Assembly (NCBI GenBank): GCA_000402815.1
Contig: AQSA01000008.1
Coordinates: 1,592 to 65,591, forward strand
DNA from: Candidatus Neomarinimicrobium atlanticum
Lineage (GTDB): Bacteria > Fidelibacterota > Marinisomatia > Marinisomatales > Marinisomataceae
DNA: 64,000 nucleotides
Reading direction: 5' to 3'
Both the position numbers and the translations under genes were made by a program. This document shows, one piece after another, positions 63,919 through 64,000 of the stretch. Position 1 is the stretch's first letter, and every line of letters starts with the position of its first letter. The notes under the pieces are model-generated. The model searched no databases. It worked only from the letters and a program-made list of their open reading frames with translations, and was not told the DNA's origin.

Positions 63919-63952
63919 GTTTACTTTTAAAAAACTTTTTTAATATGTGTCC

Positions 63953-64000
63953 ATGTCAAAAATTAGACTTTCAGCAATTATCTTTAGTATTATTGGTATA
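63953..64000 (+). CDS. 5' fragment of an ORF running off the window (signal-peptide-like start)
   Basis: ATG at 63953 followed by 'MSKIRLSAIIFSIIGI'. Only 16 codons are visible. Confidence 0.2.
   Translation, partial: MSKIRLSAIIFSIIGI

Overview
This is an AT-rich chromosomal window from a Gram-negative bacterium. A T9SS-type C-terminal sorting tail, a CarboxypepD_reg/TonB-dependent receptor and a CBM9/DUF5916-like outer-membrane protein suggest an FCB-group or Marinimicrobia-like marine lineage, but lineage is inference only. Most of the window is conserved housekeeping. On the plus strand: nusA-infB-rbfA-truB-ribF-rpsO-pnp (8.7-16.7 kb), ald, msrA and leuS. On the minus strand: thrS-infC-rpmI-rplT-pheS-pheT-zapA-folD (47.6-55.2 kb), an acyl-CoA ligase and lepB-rnhB. 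There is also a tRNA-Leu(CAA) and a redox/detox cluster at 41-45.8 kb (HxlR, two CDGSH proteins, DoxX, glutaredoxin, DUF1295, nitroreductase, MBL hydrolase, CutA). The stand-out is a ~13.7 kb accessory island (about 24.7-38.5 kb) with no integrase or transposase, lying between leuS plus two paralogous membrane genes and an SDR gene. It has four parts. (i) A minus-strand pair: a UvrD-like SF1 helicase with a poly-Asp tail, plus a 643-aa uncharacterised protein with a possible D..ExK nuclease motif and a coiled coil. (ii) A divergent plus-strand operon of four translationally coupled genes: an HKD/PLD nuclease fused to an SF2 (ResIII/DEVH) helicase, a 68-aa protein, a DndD-like SMC/ABC ATPase and a 151-aa protein. 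(iii) A convergent minus-strand operon: DUF2130 nuclease-like protein, Dam-family N6-adenine MTase, a 172-aa PD-(D/E)XK nuclease and a C5-cytosine MTase; its 3' end overlaps operon (ii) by 30 nt. (iv) Several tiny ORFs and a structured 282-nt intergenic region. I cannot match module (ii), alone or with the methyltransferases, to any named defence system. It is my best candidate for an undescribed system, and module (i) is the second candidate. No CRISPR array, rRNA, or recognisable transposon or prophage was seen.
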